This document shows, piece by piece, positions 37,027 to 40,696 of a stretch of DNA of 40,696 bases; within the stretch, counting starts at the first letter, position 1, and every line of letters starts with the position of its first letter. The notes below the pieces were generated by a model that made no database searches, was not told the DNA's origin, and was given only the letters and a program-made list of their open reading frames with translations. Location of the stretch: NCBI RefSeq assembly GCF_001194135.2, contig NC_068985.1, positions 6,186,543 to 6,227,238 of the forward strand. Reading direction: 5' to 3'. The translations under genes were made by a program, and so were the position numbers. The stretch is from Octopus bimaculoides. Taxonomy: Eukaryota.

Positions 37027-38871
37027 NNNNNNNNNNNNNNNNNNNNNNNNNNNNNNNNNNNNNNNNNNNNNNNNNNNNNNNNNNNNNNNNNNNNNNNNNN
37101 NNNNNNNNNNNNNNNNNNNNNNNNNNNNNNNNNNNNNNNNNNNNNNNNNNNNNNNNNNNNNNNNNNNNNNNNNNNNNNNNNNNNNNNNNNNNNNNNNNNN
37201 NNNNNNNNNNNNNNNNNNNNNNNNNNNNNNNNNNNNNNNNNNNNNNNNNNNNNNNNNNNNNNNNNNNNNNNNNNNNNNNNNNNNNNNNNNNNNNNNNNNN
37301 NNNNNNNNNNNNNNNNNNNNNNNNNNNNNNNNNNNNNNNNNNNNNNNNNNNNNNNNNNNNNNNNNNNNNNNNNNNNNNNNNNNNNNNNNNNNNNNNNNNN
37401 NNNNNNNNNNNNNNNNNNNNNNNNNNNNNNNNNNNNNNNNNNNNNNNNNNNNNNNNNNNNNNNNNNNNNNNNNNNNNNNNNNNNNNNNNNNNNNNNNNNN
37501 NNNNNNNNNNNNNNNNNNNNNNNNNNNNNNNNNNNNNNNNNNNNNNNNNNNNNNNNNNNNNNNNNNNNNNNNNNNNNNNNNNNNNNNNNNNNNNNNNNNN
37601 NNNNNNNNNNNNNNNNNNNNNNNNNNNNNNNNNNNNNNNNNNNNNNNNNNNNNNNNNNNNNNNNNNNNNNNNNNNNNNNNNNNNNNNNNNNNNNNNNNNN
37701 NNNNNNNNNNNNNNNNNNNNNNNNNNNNNNNNNNNNNNNNNNNNNNNNNNNNNNNNNNNNNNNNNNNNNNNNNNNNNNNNNNNNNNNNNNNNNNNNNNNN
37801 NNNNNNNNNNNNNNNNNNNNNNNNNNNNNNNNNNNNNNNNNNNNNNNNNNNNNNNNNNNNNNNNNNNNNNNNNNNNNNNNNNNNNNNNNNNNNNNNNNNN
37901 NNNNNNNNNNNNNNNNNNNNNNNNNNNNNNNNNNNNNNNNNNNNNNNNNNNNNNNNNNNNNNNNNNNNNNNNNNNNNNNNNNNNNNNNNNNNNNNNNNTA
38001 TATATATGGTTCGAGTTAAAAAAATATTGGGAATCTCATCAATCTTTTATTTATGTTTTGTCTTTCGTTTTGCTTGGAGAAAAACAAAATTTCTTCTACC
38101 AAAATAAAAACGCAGTATTGTTTTATCATGTGTATGCATCAGTTGCTTTCTTTTGAAGAATAATCTCTATATAAGCACATTCGTTCTCACTCTCCGTACC
38201 TCTTCCCTCTCTCCCTCCCTCCATCTCGCTCTATCTATCGATATACTTCAGCATATATGTGTGCGTGTGTGTACGCATCTGTATGTGTACGCAAGAAGCA
38301 TTTTAAAAAAAATTTTGAAACCCAAACGTGTAAAATAATGAAAAAAAAAATGTATATTGTTATTACTTAAGTATCTTCAATTGAGCTTTTCTCAATCGTT
38401 TGCCTACTGCTCACATCAATAGAAATATTTAACTCTTAATATTTTCCTCTCTTAACAACAACAAAAAAGCGGGGTTTGTGTGGATCATCTTAGGCACTGC
38501 TAAATACACAAATTCACCTATGATGTTCAACCATATGCAATGATATGTTTGTCATTTATTTTCGTTTTCTTTTTTCTCAATTTATCTCCTTCATACACAT
38601 ATTCTGGATAGAATAATTGAAACCCAACGTATTAAAGTTCCAGTATTCATGTAAATGTCACAAATATTTCATCTTGAATATTCAACTGCAATCCAAATGT
38701 TGCTCTATATCAACGTTATTAAATACAAAACACATTGCTTTGAGAATCAGACGAGATAATATGATTTCGATAAAAAAATATATACATATGCTTACATATC
38801 GTAGCTAAAAAATACGAAGCCGATTTGTTGAAGGGGACGAGTTTTCAAACTAAATACATTATTAACGATAA

Positions 38872-38952
38872 TATATGAAGTAGGTACATGAAGTTGATAC
38901 AAAATTCTGACTATATGAAATTGGTACATAGGCTATATGAAGTTGGTACATG
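38872..38952. repeat. Short degenerate ~22-bp tandem repeat
   Basis: ctatatgaaattggtacatagg followed by ctatatgaagttggtacatgta, with a partial earlier copy atatgaagtaggtacatg. Confidence 0.5.
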
Positions 38953-40283
38953 TATGTAACTGCTGAAATAATAAAGTCATACCGTAATCTCTGAAGCATA
39001 ACTCAGGTAGCATAATGCTCATAACTACGTATTGAATGTCGTAACTATTGGTTTCTCCAACTGCAAAATGAAAGGATAAATATCCTTTATGCAAATACGC
39101 CAGAGTGAAGGGCGAAGAAAATAATCTTTGTGAAGTTGAGTGATATATTTTTGTGGCAAGACTGGAGTGACAACATTTGACATGAAGGAATCTTTCGAAG
39201 TTATTCACTAACCAAATTCTAATTTACCATCATATCTATTTCCTTTCATTGTCTGTGGATTCAACTATTTCCTCAAGTTTTGCTGATCATAATAAAGACA
39301 TCACATGTGTATACATAATTTACTCTTGACAAGGCATCAGTTTATCAGTCTTGAAGGGGATATTCTTAAGTATTTACATTTCGAAAATTCTTAATTATAA
39401 CCGCGTGAGTTAATTAATGAATATTGATATAAATATGGTCATAGCTATAACAATTTAAACAAATTAGTATGATGCTTGTGATTAAAACACCTGTTTCATT
39501 CTCAGCAATTTCCACAATTTCATCATAAAGATCCTCTAATTGCTCGCATTAGGAACGTCATGTTAAAGTAGGGTAATAAAAGAACTCATTTGAACATTTA
39601 ATTTAACTCCAATATTTAGAGAATCAACTTGAGGTCTCTGGAGACTGTTTGATTTTCACAGCGTTTAGCATTTCTTGCTGTTGTTCATTATTCTGTTGTT
39701 GCTTAAGTACAAATGAAAGATAGGCGGCTGATGCTGTATAACAACAGCATTTCCTCAAAAGATAAAGAGAAACCACACACAAAAACCCAAAGGCAATATG
39801 GTATGATTTTACTACACAACAACATGGTTGAGTCTTATAGAATAGAAACGATATATATGTATGTATATATATNNNNNNNNNNNNNNNNNNNNNNNNNNNN
39901 NNNNNNNNNNNNNNNNNNNNNNNNNNNNNNNNNNNNNNNNNNNNNNNNNNNNNNNNNNNNNNNNNNNNNNNNNNNNNNNNNNNNNNNNNNNNNNNNNNNN
40001 NNNNNNNNNNNNNNNNNNNNNNNNNNNNNNNNNNNNNNNNNNNNNNNNNNNNNNNNNNNNNNNNNNNNNNNNNNNNNNNNNNNNNNNNNNNNNNNNNNNN
40101 NNNNNNNNNNNNNNNNNNNNNNNNNNNNNNNNNNNNNNNNNNNNNNNNNNNNNNNNNNNNNNNNNNNNNNNNNNNNNNNNNNNNNNNNNNNNNNNNNNNN
40201 NNNNNNNNNNNNNNNNNNNNNNNNNNNNNNNNNNNNNNNNNNNNNNNNNNNNNNNNNNNNNNNNNNNNNNNNNNNNNNNNNNN

Positions 40284-40351
<68 letters not shown>

Positions 40352-40394
40352 TATGCATATATGCACACATAAACGCACATGCCTACATATATAT

Positions 40395-40605
40395 CTATAT
40401 ATACATGCATATATGGGTACAGGACGTCGAAACGCCTGAACAAAATGAGAAACGAGAACATAAAAATCAAAAGCATCGGAAACAAACTTTTTTTGAACAA
40501 CGAAAGTAACAAATACAGGTTGTTCAAAAAAGTTCGTATTCCATGCTTTTGTTCTGGCTTCTCAGTTTGTTCACGTCCTGTACCCATATATGCATGTATA
40601 TATAG
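40395..40605. repeat. Long imperfect hairpin (arms ~107 and ~87 bp, 17-nt loop)
   Basis: 40395-40501 matches the reverse complement of 40519-40605 (ctatatatacatgcatatatgggtacaggacgt identical; aacttttttgaacaac at the inner ends). Confidence 0.85.
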
Positions 40606-40640
40606 AATATATATAGAGATGTACATGTATGTGTGTATAT

Positions 40641-40685
40641 CGAACGCCGACGAAAGGAAATAACCCTGAAATCCGGATCCGTTCG
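40641..40685 (+). ncRNA. Minimal type-I hammerhead motif, CCGACGA (U4C) variant
   Basis: CGAACG CCGACGA AAGG-AAAUAA-CCCU GAAA UCCGGA UC/CGUUCG. Perfect 6-bp stem I, short stem II with one mismatch, palindromic stem III AUCCGGAU, AUC triplet. Confidence 0.75.
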
Positions 40686-40696
40686 TGCTGCAGATC

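Larger units (their letters stand above)
14118..40283. other. Assembly gaps (N runs) at 14118-14345, 19018-19632, 20292-20715, 23594-23693, 24990-25497, 34066-34165, 37027-37998, 39873-40283
   Basis: Direct reading; most abut microsatellites. All X-rich ORFs in the track are artefacts of these gaps. Confidence 0.98.

Noticed and set aside
39624-39830. Minus-strand frame ending KQQQNNEQQQEMLNAVKIKQSPETSS*
   Set aside because: Low complexity, no convincing splice acceptor, and the upstream part is microsatellite and gap.

Overview
AT-rich, repeat-dense eukaryotic DNA from a gapped draft assembly (eight N-gaps). The SINE and microsatellite content looks like an octopus/coleoid cephalopod genome (inference from recall, not a database result). 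I recognise no host protein-coding gene; most ORFs in the supplied track are microsatellite or N-gap artefacts. Recognisable content: 3' ends of two R4/Dong-like LINEs lying tail-to-tail, a maT/Tc1-like transposase remnant, two mariner remnants (one with both TIRs and TA duplications), a ~1.85 kb decayed L1/Tx1-type LINE, a ~1.3 kb decayed RTE-type LINE, about a dozen tRNA-derived SINE copies or fragments, and many microsatellites. The main unannotated signal is five minimal type-I hammerhead ribozyme motifs (3468-3518 -, 19731-19781 -, 20062-20107 +, 23280-23325 +, 40641-40685 +) in four sequence-unrelated, ORF-less inverted-repeat elements. Their stem III is loopless or near-palindromic, as in the dimer-cleaving hammerheads of Penelope-like elements. 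Three of the five, from two unrelated families, have CCGANGA instead of the canonical CUGANGA core. Activity is untested.
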